From: the human T2T-CHM13v2.0 reference genome, Homo sapiens
Assembly (NCBI RefSeq): GCF_009914755.1
Contig: NC_060929.1
Strand: one strand, 5' to 3'
Length of the DNA: 64,000 bases
Part shown: piece by piece, positions 27,036 to 46,346 of the stretch
Layout: every line of letters begins with the position of its first letter
Position numbering within the stretch: the stretch's first letter is position 1
Notes under the pieces: generated by a model
What the model saw: the letters and a program-made list of their open reading frames with translations, nothing else
Told to the model about the DNA's origin: nothing
Databases searched by the model: none
Position numbers and translations under genes: made by a program

Positions 27036-29259
27036 CACCCAATAGCATCGAATTCACCCATGTTCCTGGAGAACTTCTTGCAATCAACATCAAGTCATGT
27101 ACCGAGCGCCTGTTCAGCCAGGACCTGCTCCAGAGGGCCATTCAATCCTCACCACAGCAAGGTGGGGAGCATTAGCCCCATTTTACAGATGCTCAGAGAA
27201 GGTAAGTAGCTTGTCCAAGGTCACACAGCTAGACCTATGTCCAGCTGTTCCCCACACCTGTGATTTACCTCTCTATACTACTTGAAGTTAATCCCATTTA
27301 TAAAAAGCAACATTGGGTGAGGTGAGGGCGTAGGGGTCTTATGCATAATAACACAAATCACTACTGTTTATTAAAAATGTGCTACATGCCAGGCACTCTT
27401 CTGTGCACTTTACAGATGTCATCTATTTAATGCATCCACATCCTCTTTCCCATTTGACCTATGAAGGAAATGGCTTCCAAAGCGTGCCTGAGGCCACTGC
27501 GGTTCAGTGGCAGAGCCAGCCTGGCTGTGCTCCATGTCTTTGCCGTATTCCCTATTCAGGCAGGGGCAAGCCCAGCTGTAAGGTGTGTGAGTCAGCAAGA
27601 GGAGGACAGTGAGAAGAAGGGAGTGCAGGGGTGGACTGGGCAGCCCGTGAAAGAACAGAGGTCACAGGGCTGAAAGGAAGGCTTTTCAAGCCACAGGGCC
27701 TGGCTGCAGAATGGGGAGGCTGCCCACACTCAGGTGGTGTGTATGGCCAGCAGTGTGGCCTTGGTCAAGGCACTGCCCTCTTGAGTTTGGGGTAGGTCAT
27801 GGTTTAAAGCAGAGCTCTAAGCCCAGCAAGGATAAGAGAATAATTTGGGAAACTGAGGCAAGTAGTTAGAAAAGAACTGAGATTCCATAAGTGCAGAGCC
27901 CCTGAAGCCCACTCATCAGTTTCCTAGCTGTGAGTGTTCATTAATTCACCCTCCCTGTCCAGAGGAACTTGGGGATGGAGATTTCTGCCGCTTGAAAAAC
28001 ATTAGGCTCCCATTATTCCAAGAGGGAGCTGTGGTGGCTGCCTCAGCCTCCTGTACTCTCAGAACCCACTTGCACACTCTGCCTTCTTCCAACCAGAACC
28101 TGCAAGGGGCCCAGTTGCCAACCAGATTCCAAGGAGTAGGTCCTCAGTTTCCTTGATGTGTTTGTTTATTCATTCAACAAACATTTATTGGACCCCAGCT
28201 ATGTACCCAACCTTAAGCAGGTATTTTCAAGTCCAAAATCCTTGCCTTCTGGTATGGGGCTGATTACTTTCCTGAGCCCAGAGAGAGGAAGGGGTTCAGC
28301 CACAGTCGCTTGGCTAGGAAGGGGCAGGGTCTGTATACAAGCCCGCACCCTTGCTGTGATGCCACCAGCCCTGGCCCACTGTATCTGGGAAGAACCCACA
28401 GCCCAAGGCCTGCCGCTTGAGCCAGGTGCATGTGCGTCTGAAGGTCCCGGATTTCCCACCGTCCTGGCACCTGTCACCGTTTAGCAGGTTACCATGGTAC
28501 CGCTCCCCAGCACCCCGGGCGGCAGGGACCACCATCTGTTTACACGGCTGTCAGAGGAATTGATGTCATGTGAAATTGTCAGCTCAGCGGGGTGGGAGGA
28601 GGAAGAGTGGGCGGCTCTGAAAGCATCCAAGCCATCAAAACTCATTTCCATCAAAGCCCTGAGTGAGCCCATGCTCCCCTGGGGGGATGAGAGAAAAAAA
28701 GGGGAGAGCCGAGAAAGAGCATTTCCTGAGAGGAAGAAGCAGGTAGCAATAGTAACAGTTACTCTTTCCATTTTTACCATCATTTACAATTCACAAGCTC
28801 ATGTCTGCTTCTCCCAGCTCTGGGAGGTGAGCATTGCCATTCGCTCCATTGTACAGATGTTCCAAAATATAAAACTGATGCTCAGAGACATGGAGAACCT
28901 GCTCAAGGTCACAGGAAAGCCAGAGGGTAACTCCAGGAGGAAAAACTCCCTGATCTTCTGGCTAAGAGGCTGGCGGATGTGGGGGGGTGGGGGGGGGTGG
29001 GGTTCACTGTTGCCAAGATCAGAGGCAGGCCTACCCCAGAGTGAATGTGCTCAGGTAAGCACAGGACAGTTTTCTGTTGCCCGCAACGGCAGAAAGTGGG
29101 AAGGAAAGGACTGAGCGCAGGGAGTTCCAGGTTCTCATTACAGATCTGATACTACCAAGGCTGCCGTAAGGGACAGAGCAGCTGGCCAGTGCCCAGGGCA
29201 CACATCTTTAAAGACACCTAAATATCCCTGGGAATGTAACCAGAGGGAGAGTGGAAATC

Positions 29260-29790
29260 TGTCACCTGCCTGTTCAGCATCTGTCCCTTCTTCAATGGTG
29301 GCAGCCTACTGATTCTCCTCCGGACAATCAAACGTCTCTCGTCTCACTCCATCGGGGTTTGCACAAGGCTGGCCCATCAAGGGATGACCCAGACCTAATC
29401 CAATTCCCAGATGACCCAGATATAATCCAACTAGTATATCTTGACCCCTGGTCATGGTGATTGGCTCAGGCATAGGCACATGACCCCAAACAAACCAATG
29501 GGAGTCAGGAAAGAGAATCTCTCCCTTCTGCTGGGTTACTAACAGGAGAGAACACAGGCCAGAATTAGGCTACCCCCTTGTCACCACGAGGTACAGCCTG
29601 CCTGAGATGGGAGCGACCATGGGGAAAAGCAAGGCCAGGAAGGAGAGTACAACAGACTTTTCCCTCTAGGTCCAACTAATCTTGAAGCAGAGGCCACTGA
29701 ACTTATATCAACCAATATATTTTTCCCTTTTTGCTGAGATAATTGAGCTGGGTTTTCTGCCATTTGCACTTGAAATAGTCCTGGTGGTTT
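29260..29790 (+). mobile_element. Old MLT1 (K/L-like) LTR with an internal 27-bp-period duplication (29383-29430)
   Basis: GGTCATGGTGATTGGCTCAGGCATAGGCACATGACCC; GATGACCCAGA..TAATCCAA twice. Confidence 0.55.
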
Positions 29791-30429
29791 CATCCCAACT
29801 CATTTCAAGGAGGAAACCCTGTGAGTTTGGAAGGAATCACTGAAGAGACTGCTTGGAGGTGAGGATTGGATTCCCAAGGCAAACTGAATAACAACAGATG
29901 ATTGCTAAACTGCCTTCAAAGGAGAGTGGGAAGGTTAACTGTAGGGTTTTAGTTTTGCTGGGTGGGTTATGCAAGTTGAGACCAGAAAGGAATTGCTACA
30001 GTAGAGGGTAGACTGAGTCCACCATCAGTGCACCCATTCTCCACCCTTCCTGGTGCAGCACCCGACCTCACCTCTAGAGAAACATTGACCAAGTATTTAG
30101 AAAGTATTGATTGGAAGAGATCCAAAGTATTAGCCTGCTTAAGTAACCCACTGGTTTCCAGCCATCTCGAGTACTATCACATCTTGTGACCGTGAGCAAA
30201 CGCTGTTCCCTCTCTGGCCCTCAGTTTCTTCATCTGTGAAGCAGGGACTCTTATTTGTATTTTGCTGGTGAGGAAAGGGAAGCAGTGAGTGGGCAGGATT
30301 TGATTGATGTGCACTGCAGTGGGGCCAGGGAGAGCTTAGAATCTCTCATCCCTCATTGCAGGGAATCACTGTCTTTCATTTTCCAATAAGCAAGGATTTC
30401 AGGTGAGAAAATCTTCTTCCTTTAAAAAT

Positions 30430-30665
30430 ATATCTTTCTCCACTTCTTATAGATACAGACTGAAATACGTATGGATGAAACAGTATGATGTCTGGGATTT
30501 GCTTCAAAATAATATGGAAGGGGGAGAGGAGGTGGGGGTATAAATTAACAAAATTGGCCAGGAGCTTTGAAACTTGGGTGATGGACACATGAGGGTTTAT
30601 TACCCTATTTCTCTACTTCTGTAAAAGTTTAAAATTTCCACAAGAAAATGTTAAAAAATAAAAAT
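30430..30665 (+). mobile_element. L1MC4/L1MC5-type 3' end
   Basis: ATGATGTCTGGGATTTGCTTCAAAATAAT...TGGGTGATGGACACATGAGGGTTTATTA. Confidence 0.7.
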
Positions 30666-31324
30666 GAAAATTCTGGCCTACTATCAGTGTAAGCTGCTCT
30701 GACATGTTTCAACACGCTACGTCTAGAGCCTGAGACAGGCTCAGCCAGAGGGAGATGAAACAAGTGTACCAGAATAATTGATGGAGATGATAATTTGAGT
30801 TTGTGCTTCCTGTGTTTTTTCTCTTCCTCCACCTCAAACAGCTTGGCTGATTTTTGCTCCCTGACTTCCAGGGAGGAGGAGGAGGCAGGGCCGAAAGTAA
30901 AAGCTGCTTGAGTCTCCATTGAAAAGAAGGGAGAATATTACTGAGGTTGAAAAGAGGAGTGGAAGAGGTTTCTCCAGGTTTGGATGGGTCCCTCTTTGGC
31001 AAAGCTCCTCAAGTCCCGAGAGCAGTAGAAAAGCCATAGAACCACCATTTCCACTGTGTAAGAAGGTTGTGGGAGCCGGGACTGGGAATGTCTCCATGGT
31101 GGCCCATGGGCACCTATGCCCAGTGCCAGAGGGGGCCTCTCAGAGGCTTCGGCAAGGTCTAAGAATGCATAACCTTTGCCCTAAGCCGGGGGAGGGCTGT
31201 TCCCATGATGACTCACACTGACTTTCTGGTCTGTCAGGCGAGATGGGGGTTTGGATTTTAAGCTGATTTAAAGAAAATAAAGAAATAGATAATGGCGGGC
31301 ACATGAGAGGGAGGCAAAACAAAG

Positions 31325-31530
31325 CAGGAGGCTCTGGGGTCCAGAGAGCAGGGTTCTAATCCTGGTTCTGCCGCTTATGAGCTGTGAAACCCTGGACGAG
31401 TCCCTTCACCTCCCTGACACTCTGTTTCTTCATCTGTGAAACAAGGACAACCGGCCCTTCCCGAGGGGGTGGTTGGGAGGATGAAGATGAGGGGCCACCC
31501 CTCACGGCACGGCGCATGGTGCATAGCAGC
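31325..31530 (+). mobile_element. MIR
   Basis: GGGTTCTAATCCTGGTTCTGCCGCTTATGAGCTGTGA...CTGTTTCTTCATCTGTGAAA. Confidence 0.75.
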
Positions 31531-31719
31531 CCTTACTTTTACTTCCTCCTCTCTCCCCAATCCCAACCACCTCACCCCCTGCATTTAGGAAGAAGCCATT
31601 TAAATGCAACTGTAATTAATAAGCAGTCGACAGAGGCTTTATTTTTGCTTCTTGATTAAATGACAGTTTAAGATCTGGTTTCTCATTTTCTTGGTTGGAT
31701 ACACAGAGTCCCCTGGAGT

Positions 31720-33135
31720 CTCCTGCATACGGTCAGGAGGCCCCAGTTAAATCTACAAACAGGAATAAGTCATCTCCAGCGCCGCGTGCCCAACTCAGGA
31801 TCCTCTTGCTCATCACCCTGCAGAGAGGATGAACCTCGCACAGGCAACTCGACTTCCTCCAAACTTACTTCTCCCTGGGCTACTCCAAGTCAGGAAATGG
31901 AACACGATCCCCCTGGAATCCTCCCTCATTATCTCTGTTTGCCTCATCTCCCCATCCCATCCCTCACCAAGGCTGCTGGCTCCATCCCACCCCCACCATC
32001 TGCCTGCTTCTCTCCTTTCCTCGCCCCCTCCCAATTCAAGCTGCCGTCTCCTCTTGCCTGGAGCTTCTCACTGGGCTCCTCGCTTCGCCTCTACCCCTCC
32101 TCCTCCCTCCACTTGACAGCCTGAGTTTTTCCAAATATAAAGTGGAATGGTTAAAATATTAATTGAGCCCCTCCAAAGGCATTGCATTGGGCTTAGAATA
32201 GAAAGTCACTCCTTATCCCTCATAGCAGCACCATCTATTCCCTGCCTGTCCTCCAATCTCATCTCATCCATCATTGTCCCATCTTTGCTCAGGCCACTCC
32301 AGCCTTCTGGTCACCTTTCTGTCTCTTGAACACACACACCAGGCCTTTTCCTACTTCCAAGGCCTCTATCTTCTCACAGCTGCTTCCTTCTCATTCCTTG
32401 GGTGTCACCTCTTCAGAGAGGCTCTCCCTGACCTCCCCATCTAAAGTAGTTTTCTCTCTCCATTACTCTCTGTTATATAAATGAGCCAAATACACCCCAT
32501 ACATTGGTCCCTAGCTTATTTCTTCCCAGGAGGCTGAGACCAGTTAGCTCTAAAGCTCAGTGAGCACCAAACTCAAATTTTCACACATCCTCTTGTTTTA
32601 AAAATAGCCCAAACCCGCGGATTTTTTAGTAGCTTAGGATGCACCAGCTTTGCATACTCCACAAAACTACACCCCACGTCTGCTGACCACTGGTAAAGTG
32701 GAGCCTTGTGGTTATAAGACTCCAGGCTATTTCTGCCCATCGGAACAATCTAACCCAAAAAGACCCCACCATGATGTGGAGCGCCATCGCCAAGATATAT
32801 AAGTCCCATCTCCAGCACCCGCCAGGAGTTCCCTTGCCTTCCACCCCTTCTAAATGGCAGCCCCCTCAGTGCAAGCCTCCAGGCAGACTCATGCTGCCAG
32901 GGATTTGCCTTCTCCTGCAACCCTGTCGGAGCATTGCCCAATAAAGACCCTTGCATGTTACTCCCTCTTGCGATCATGTCTTTGTCCTTGATCAGTCCCC
33001 AGAGCCTTTGAACCCCCTATACTGTATCCATTACCCTGTTTTATTTTCTTCCTACACTTTTCACTCTCTGAAATTATCTAGTTAATTTTTTCACTTGCTT
33101 TTCGTTTCTCTCCCTCACTAGAATATAACATCCAT
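31720..33135 (+). mobile_element. L2 3' region interrupted by an LTR
   Basis: GTCACCTCTTCAGAGAGGCTCTCCCTGACC...; resumes TCTCCCTCACTAGAATATAACATCCAT. Confidence 0.65.
32471..33020 (+). mobile_element. Old ERVL-class solo LTR (MER74/LTR53-like; family uncertain)
   Basis: TG start, AATAAA near 32940, interrupts the L2 cleanly. Confidence 0.55.
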
Positions 33136-33144
33136 CTAATCAGT

Positions 33145-33445
33145 CAATATGTCTACGAAAAAGATATTTGTCCACACTAGTAATCAAAGAAATCTCAAAG
33201 TAAAACGAGATATCATTTTCCATCCAGTGGTAAACTTCTAAAAGTGTGACAATGACACATATTACAAGAGTATGGGAAGAAAAGGAGTACACTCATATCC
33301 TGCTAGTGGGGAAGTTATAACTGATGCAACTAGGAGTGTAATTCAAAACTTCAAATACACACAGCCTATGGCCAAGCCATGCTACTCCTCAATATCTACG
33401 CCACAGTAGCATCCCCACATTTGCACAAGGAGGGATGTGTAAAAA
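33145..33445 (+). mobile_element. L1ME-type fragment (left half; resumes at ~47252-47450)
   Basis: CACTAGTAATCAAAGAAAT...GAGATATCATTTT...ACACTCATATCCTGCTAGTGGG; continuation GCAGCATTG...CTGGAAACAGCCTAAATGTCCATCA. Confidence 0.6.
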
Positions 33446-33458
33446 CAAGTAAATCAAT

Positions 33459-33793
<335 letters not shown>

Positions 33794-34054
33794 TCAGGAA
33801 GGTAGCGTAGTTGTACTTTCCCCTCCTCTTCCTGTAAGAACAACAAAAAACCCTGGGCATTACACACAAAACAAACATGAAAAGACTGAAAAATAGAGAG
33901 AAGAAGGCAGACTGGGTAGGGATCTCATGACCCAAGGAACAACACAGTGTTCAGTTCCCTGGGTTTTCTTTTAGCCTCATATATCTCAGACTTGGAGCTG
34001 AATAAACCAGCAATCAAGAAAAGCCAACAGGTACAAATAACAAAAGGTCCGACA

Positions 34055-34331
34055 TAATACAAAGAAATGATAAATGTTTGAGATGATGGATACCCCAATT
34101 ACCCCAATCATTACACATTGTATGCCTATATCAAAGTATCACATGCATCCCATAAATACATACAACTATTATGTACCCATAATAATTAAAAAGAATAACT
34201 CCTTTAAAGATACAAAATACAAAAAAAAATTTTCAGAAAAGAAGACTTGTTTTCCTCCCTCTCTACAGAAAACAATTCTAGCATGTATGTATATAAAAGG
34301 AAGATTCCATTGTGAAGTTAAAAAAAAATGA
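34055..34331 (+). mobile_element. Short L1MA 3' end plus ~90 bp non-L1 tail and a second A-run, bounded by a TSD
   Basis: CATTACACATTGTATGCCTATATCAAAGTATCACATGCATCCCATAAATAC; flanks AAAAGGTCCGACA (34042-34054) / AAAAGATCCAACA (34332-34344). Confidence 0.75.
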
Positions 34332-34847
34332 AAAAGATCCAACAAAAGCCTGCTCTTTCTGGCCAAAGGACTAGGAAATGTGCAATCTGGAAAGACAGAA
34401 CACTATTAGACAATAACTGCTCCACTCTAGAAAATCTTCAGTTCTACTCTCACCCACACCAGCAAAGGCCAAGTGGGGAGCCTAAATCTCCATTCTCACA
34501 GGTCTATAACAAGGTGCCCACACCCTCCAGGTGGAGTCAAAGGAGGCCAAGCAGGTAGTAAGTGCCCCACCTATGGTGTCAGTGGAGACCATATGGGAAG
34601 CACTAACGAGGCACTCCCACCCCTCCCAACCAGGGAGGCATAAATGGGGACCTAGTGAGGAGCTGAAACTCCCATACCCACCCAGCAGTCAATGAAGAGT
34701 ATCCCCCACCTTGGATGTCAAGGAGGCCAGGTCAGGAACCTATGATTTTCACCCCATCTAGCACTAACATGGCAGCACCCTTCTTCCTTTACCAGAGCAG
34801 TTACCAGAAGAAGCCTACTAAAACAGAAGGTTTAAATAAGAAGCAGA

Positions 34848-35140
34848 GGCTGGGTGTGGTGGCCCAAGCCTGTAATCCCGGCACTTTGGAGGCCAATGTG
34901 TGCAGATCACTTGAGGTCAGGAGTTTGAGACCAGCCTGGCCAACGTGGTGAAACCCCGTCTCTACTAAAAATACAAAAATTAGCTGGGCATGGGAGGCTG
35001 AGGCAGGAGAATCACCTGAACCCAGGAAGCAGAGGTTGCAGTGAGCCAAGATTGTGCCACCGCACTCCAGCCTGGGCAACAGATTGAGACTCTGTCTCAA
35101 AAATAAATAAATAAATAATAAATAAATCAATAAATAAAGT
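34848..35140 (+). mobile_element. AluSx with ~30-bp right-arm deletion and (TAAA)n tail
   Basis: TSD AAATAAGAAGCAGA / AAATAAGATGCAGA. Confidence 0.9.
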
Positions 35141-35466
35141 AAATAAGATGCAGAGTCTTGCAACATAATACCCAAAATGTCCACTTTCAATCAAATTGCT
35201 TGTTATAACATGAACCAGGAAGATCTGAAACCGAATGAGAAAAGAGGGTCAACAGTTGTCAACACTAACACCACACAGTTGTTAGAATTATCTGAAAGAA
35301 TTTTAAAGCAACTGTCATAAAAATGCTTCAACAAGCAGTCATAATCATGTTTGAAGCAAATGAAAAATAGAAAGTTGAGTAAAGAAATAGAAAGCCTCAG
35401 CAAAGAGATAGAAAAATATAAAGAAGAATCCGATGGAAGTTTTAGAATTAAAAAATACAGTAACTG

Positions 35467-35916
<450 letters not shown>

Positions 35917-37790
35917 TCAGGAACTCATGAGGCTGTAACAAAGATCTAACATCCATGTCATTGGAGTCAAAGAAGAGGAGAAAGGGGGTGTGGTTTAAAA
36001 AATATTCAAAGAAATAATAGCTGAAACCTTCCCAAGTTTGGCAAGAGAAATAAACCTACAGGTTCATGAAGCTGACCAAATTCCAAACATGACATACACT
36101 AAGAAATCCACACTAACGTACGTCATAGACAAACTTCTAAAAACTAAAGACAAAGAAAAAAAAGTCTTGAAAGCAGATAGAGAGGAATGGTACTTTACCT
36201 ATAGAGGAAAAACATTTGAATGACAGCAAATTTTTCATCAGAATCCACAAGTGACAGAAGAAAGTAGCAAAACAATTTTCAAGCTTTGAAAGAAAAGAAC
36301 TCATTGAAAATATTCTCCAGGAATGAAGAAAAAAAAACAAGACATTCAGATGAAGGAAAATTAAGGGTAATTGCCACCAACACAACTACCCTAAAAGAAT
36401 GACCAAAGGAAGTTCTCTAAACAGAAATAAAAGAAGAAATCTTGGGACATCAAAAAGGAAGAACATGGAAAACAAAAATATGAGGAAATATAATACATTT
36501 TTCTTCTCCCCTTGAGTTTCCTAACTTATGTTTGCTGGTCAAAACAAAAATTATAACACTATCTGATGTGGTTCTAAATGTATGCAAAGAAAACATTTAA
36601 GAAAATTATGTTACAAATGGGAGAGGGTAAAGGGACATAAGATCCTTCGTGAACTGGTAAAATGATAATACCAGTAGGCTGTAACAAGTTATATACAAGT
36701 ATATATAATGTAAGACCTAGAGCAACCACCAGAAGAGCTATACAAGAAGATACATTCAAAAATACCATGAGTAAATGGGTAAATCAAAATGGAATTTTAA
36801 GGAATATTCAAGTAACCCCCAAGAAGGAAGGAAAAAGAAAATAGGTACACCAAAAATCTAGTAAACAAAACAAAAAAGTCAGATTTAAGCCATATCATAT
36901 TAATAATTACATTAAATGTAAATTGCCTACACCAATTAAAAGACAATGGTGAAAGTGGGAGAGTAAACTACAAAACATGACCCAACTATATTCTGTCTAC
37001 AAGAAATTCACTTCAAATATAATGCCATAGGCACGTTGAAAGAAAAAGTGTAGAAAAAATATATCATGCCAACACTAATAATAAAAAGCAGAAGTGGTGA
37101 TATTAATATCAGATAAACGGACTTCAGAACAAAGGAAATTACCAGAGACAGAGAAGCACATCATATAGTGATAAGAGGTTCAATCTCCCAAGAAAACAGC
37201 AATTTTAAATGTATATGTGCTAAAACATAATACAACTACAAAATACATGAGGCAAAAACTAATAGAACTAAAAAGAAAAAAAATCCACAATTATATTTGG
37301 AGGTTTTAACACACCCTCTGAAAAATAGATAGAACAACTAGACAGAAAACCAGCATGGATATTGAAGAACTTAACACCACAAACAAACAGGATCCAGTTG
37401 ACATTTATAGAATGCTCTACCCAACAACAGCAGAATACACATTCTTTTCAGTTTCCCACAGAACATATAGTAAGGTAGACCATATCCCGGGCCATTTAAA
37501 ACAAAACTAAACAAACAACATTAAAAAAAAAAAAACCTTAACAGATTTAAAATAGTTAAAATCCCACAGAGTATGTTTTTCAAACACAATGGAATAAAAT
37601 GAAACATCAATAACAGAAAGATAATAGGAAAATCTTCGAACACTTAAAAATTAAATCACACACTTCTATTGATGGATCAAAGAGGTAGCCTTTGTCATAA
37701 AAGGATATATGAGATATTTTTAAAAATACACTCAGCTGAATAAAAATGGAAACACAGCATATCAAAATTTGGGGCACAACTAAAATGGTG

Positions 37791-40461
<2,671 letters not shown>

Positions 40462-41494
40462 CAGTGCTAAGAGAGAAATTTACAGCACAAAATGCGTCCA
40501 TTAGAAAGAAAGGAGAGTATCAAATGAGTAATTGAAGGTTCCACCTCAAGGACAGAAAAATGGTAGTGAAATAAACCCAAAACAAGCAGAGAAAAGGAAA
40601 TAATAAAAATAACAGAAATCAATGAAATTGAAAACAATGAAATAATAAAGAAAAATCAAAGAACTTATTCTTGAAAAGATCGATAAAACTGACAAACCTC
40701 TGGCAAGGCTAACAAAGGGAAGAAAAAAGAGAGAACACAAATTACTAATATCAAGAATGAAACCAGGGAGATCTCTACAGACCCTGTAGACATCAAAAGG
40801 ATAATAAGGGACTACTACAACAACTCTACACACATAAATTTGACAACTTAGTAAAATGGATCGATTTTTTGAAAAGCACAAACTACCCTCATATCACCAA
40901 ATAAGAAACTGATTATTTGGATAGCCCTATTAAAAACATTGAATTCATAATTTTAAATCTTCCAAAAAAGAAATCTTCACACCCAGATGGCCTCACTGGA
41001 GTTCTACCAAACATTAAAAGAAGTAACACCAATTCTGCACAATCTCTTCCAGAAAACAGAAAAGGAGGAAACACTTCTCAGTTTATTTTATGAAGCTAGT
41101 ATTACCCTGATACAAAAATCAAAGATAAACATAGTATCAAAAAAAGAAAAGTTCTAGAACTACAGACTAATATCCCTCATGCATATAGACACAAAAATCC
41201 TTAACAGAATATTAGCAAATAGAATTTGCAATACATAAAAATATTATACACCATGACCAAATACTGTTTCAACATTTGAAAATCAATAAATGCAACCCGC
41301 TGTATGAACAAACTAAAGAAGATAAATCATTTGATATATTAATTGATGTAAAAAAAGCATTTGACAAAATTTAACATCCACATATGATCAAAACTGTCAG
41401 AAAAATAGGATTGTAGAAGAACTTCCTCCGTTTGATCAAAACATCTACACAAAAATCTATAATTAACATTAAACCTAATAGTGAACAGCTATTG

Positions 41495-41805
<311 letters not shown>

Positions 41806-42050
41806 CTATTGTATGTTTTCCTCCTAAGATCAGGAACAAGGCAAGGAAGGATGTCTGATATCATCACTCTTATTCAACATACTGCTGGAAATTCTAGTGT
41901 CAGTGCAATAAAGAAAGAAAATTAAATAAAAAGCTTATGGACCAGAAAGGAATAAATAAAACTATCAGTATTTACAGATGATATCACTGTATATGTAGAA
42001 ATTTCAAAGGAATCTTAAAAAAAAACAAAAACAAAAAACAAGGTTTTTTT

Positions 42051-42180
42051 CCTGATCTTAGGGGGAAAACATACAATGGTTTTTCACTGTTAGGTTTAAT
42101 ATTAGTTATAGATTTTGTGTCAATGTTTTGATCAAGTTGAAGAAGTTCTTCTCCATTCCTATTTTTCTGAGAGTTTTAAT
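42051..42180 (-). repeat. Inverted ~130-bp copy of nearby L1 sequence (41387-41494 joined to 41812-41834)
   Basis: Reverse complement ATTAAAACTCTCAGAAAAATAGGAATGGAGAAGAAC...AAACCTAACAGTGAAAAACCATTGTATGTTTTCCCCCTAAGATCAGG aligns by eye to the upstream copy without the Alu. Confidence 0.85.
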
Positions 42181-43249
42181 AAGTTAGTTTAGCAAGATTA
42201 CAAGACAAGATAAACATATAAAAATCAATTGTATTTCTATATACTAGCAATGCACACCTTGATGCTGAAATTTAAAATACATTACCATTTAATATCACTT
42301 GAAAAGAGAGAAATTCTTAAGTATAAATCAAAAAACACATGTACAGGACTTGCATGCTGAAAACCATTAAATGCTGATGAAAGAAATTAAAGAAGATCTC
42401 AATAAATGGAAAGACATACTATGTTCATTTGAAGACTTGACATAGTAATTATAGTCAATTATCCCCACAACTGGTACTCATGTTTAACACAATTATTATC
42501 AAAATCCAAGCAATGATTTTTGTAAATATAGACAAGATTATTCTAAAATTTATATGGAACGGTAAAGGAACTAGAATAGCTAATGCATTTTTTAAAAATA
42601 AGAGTAAAGTGAGAGGAATTAGTCTACCTGAATTAGAAACTTATTATATAGCTGCATGAATCAAGACCTTGTGATATTGGTGGAGGGCCAGACAATAGAA
42701 CAATGGAACACAGTAGAGAACCCAGAAATAGACTCACATAAATACATCCAACTGATTTTTAACAAAAGTGCGAGAGCAATTCAATACATTTCAACAAATG
42801 CTGCTGAAGCAATTAGACATCCGTATACCAAAAAAAAAGAACCTTGACCTAAACCTCACATCTTATCAAAACCTAATTCAAAATGGACCACAGACATAAA
42901 TGTAAAAAAAAAAAAAAAAACTATAAATACCTTTGGAAAAAAATGGGAGAAAACTTTCACGGTCTGGAGCTAGGCAAAGGGTTCTCAGGCTTCTTGACAT
43001 CAAAACTCCAATTCATAAAAGAAAAAAACGCTAAATTGGACCTTATTAAAACTTTAAAAGTTTTCCTCTGTGAAAGACCCTGTTAATAGAATGAAAAGAC
43101 AAGCTACAGACTAGGAGAAAATATTGCAAACCATGTACCCAACAAAGGACTAGTATCTAGAAACAATAATTTTACATTTAAAATTAATTGAATATTTAAA
43201 ATTAAATATTTAATATTTATATATGTATATATCAGAACATCTCAAATTC

Positions 43250-43555
43250 ACAATACTAAGTAAGAGAAGCCAGACTCAAAAAGGTTTCATACTGCATGAT
43301 TCCATTTATATAATTTTCTGGAAAAAGCAAAACTCTATGTAAGGTTAGAAAACAGATCAGCATTGCTGGCAGTGGGGCTAAGAGGCATAAGGCAATGTTT
43401 GTGTATGAGGAGGAGGTGTTGGAATTGTTTTATATATTGATGTAGTAGTAATGGTTACCTAACTGTATGTATTTGTCAAAATTCATAGAACTGTATGCCT
43501 TAAAAGGGTATATCTTATTGCATGTAAATTTTATCTCAATAAACCTAACATAAGC
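43250..43555 (+). mobile_element. L1MB7/8-type 3' end nested in the L1MD
   Basis: GAAGCCAGACTCAAAAAGG...CATACTGCATGATTCCATTTATAT...TTTGTCAAAATTCATAGAACTGTA...CTCAATAAACCT. Confidence 0.7.
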
Positions 43556-43619
43556 AAAACCTCTTGGAGCTTAACAGTAAGATAATGAACAATTCAATTA
43601 GAAAATAGTCAAAAGACAT

Positions 43620-46346
<2,727 letters not shown>

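Noticed and set aside
28494-29114. 206-aa plus-strand ORF
   Set aside because: Runs through a MIR (~28780-28950) and a poly-G tract; no recognisable domain or exon structure.
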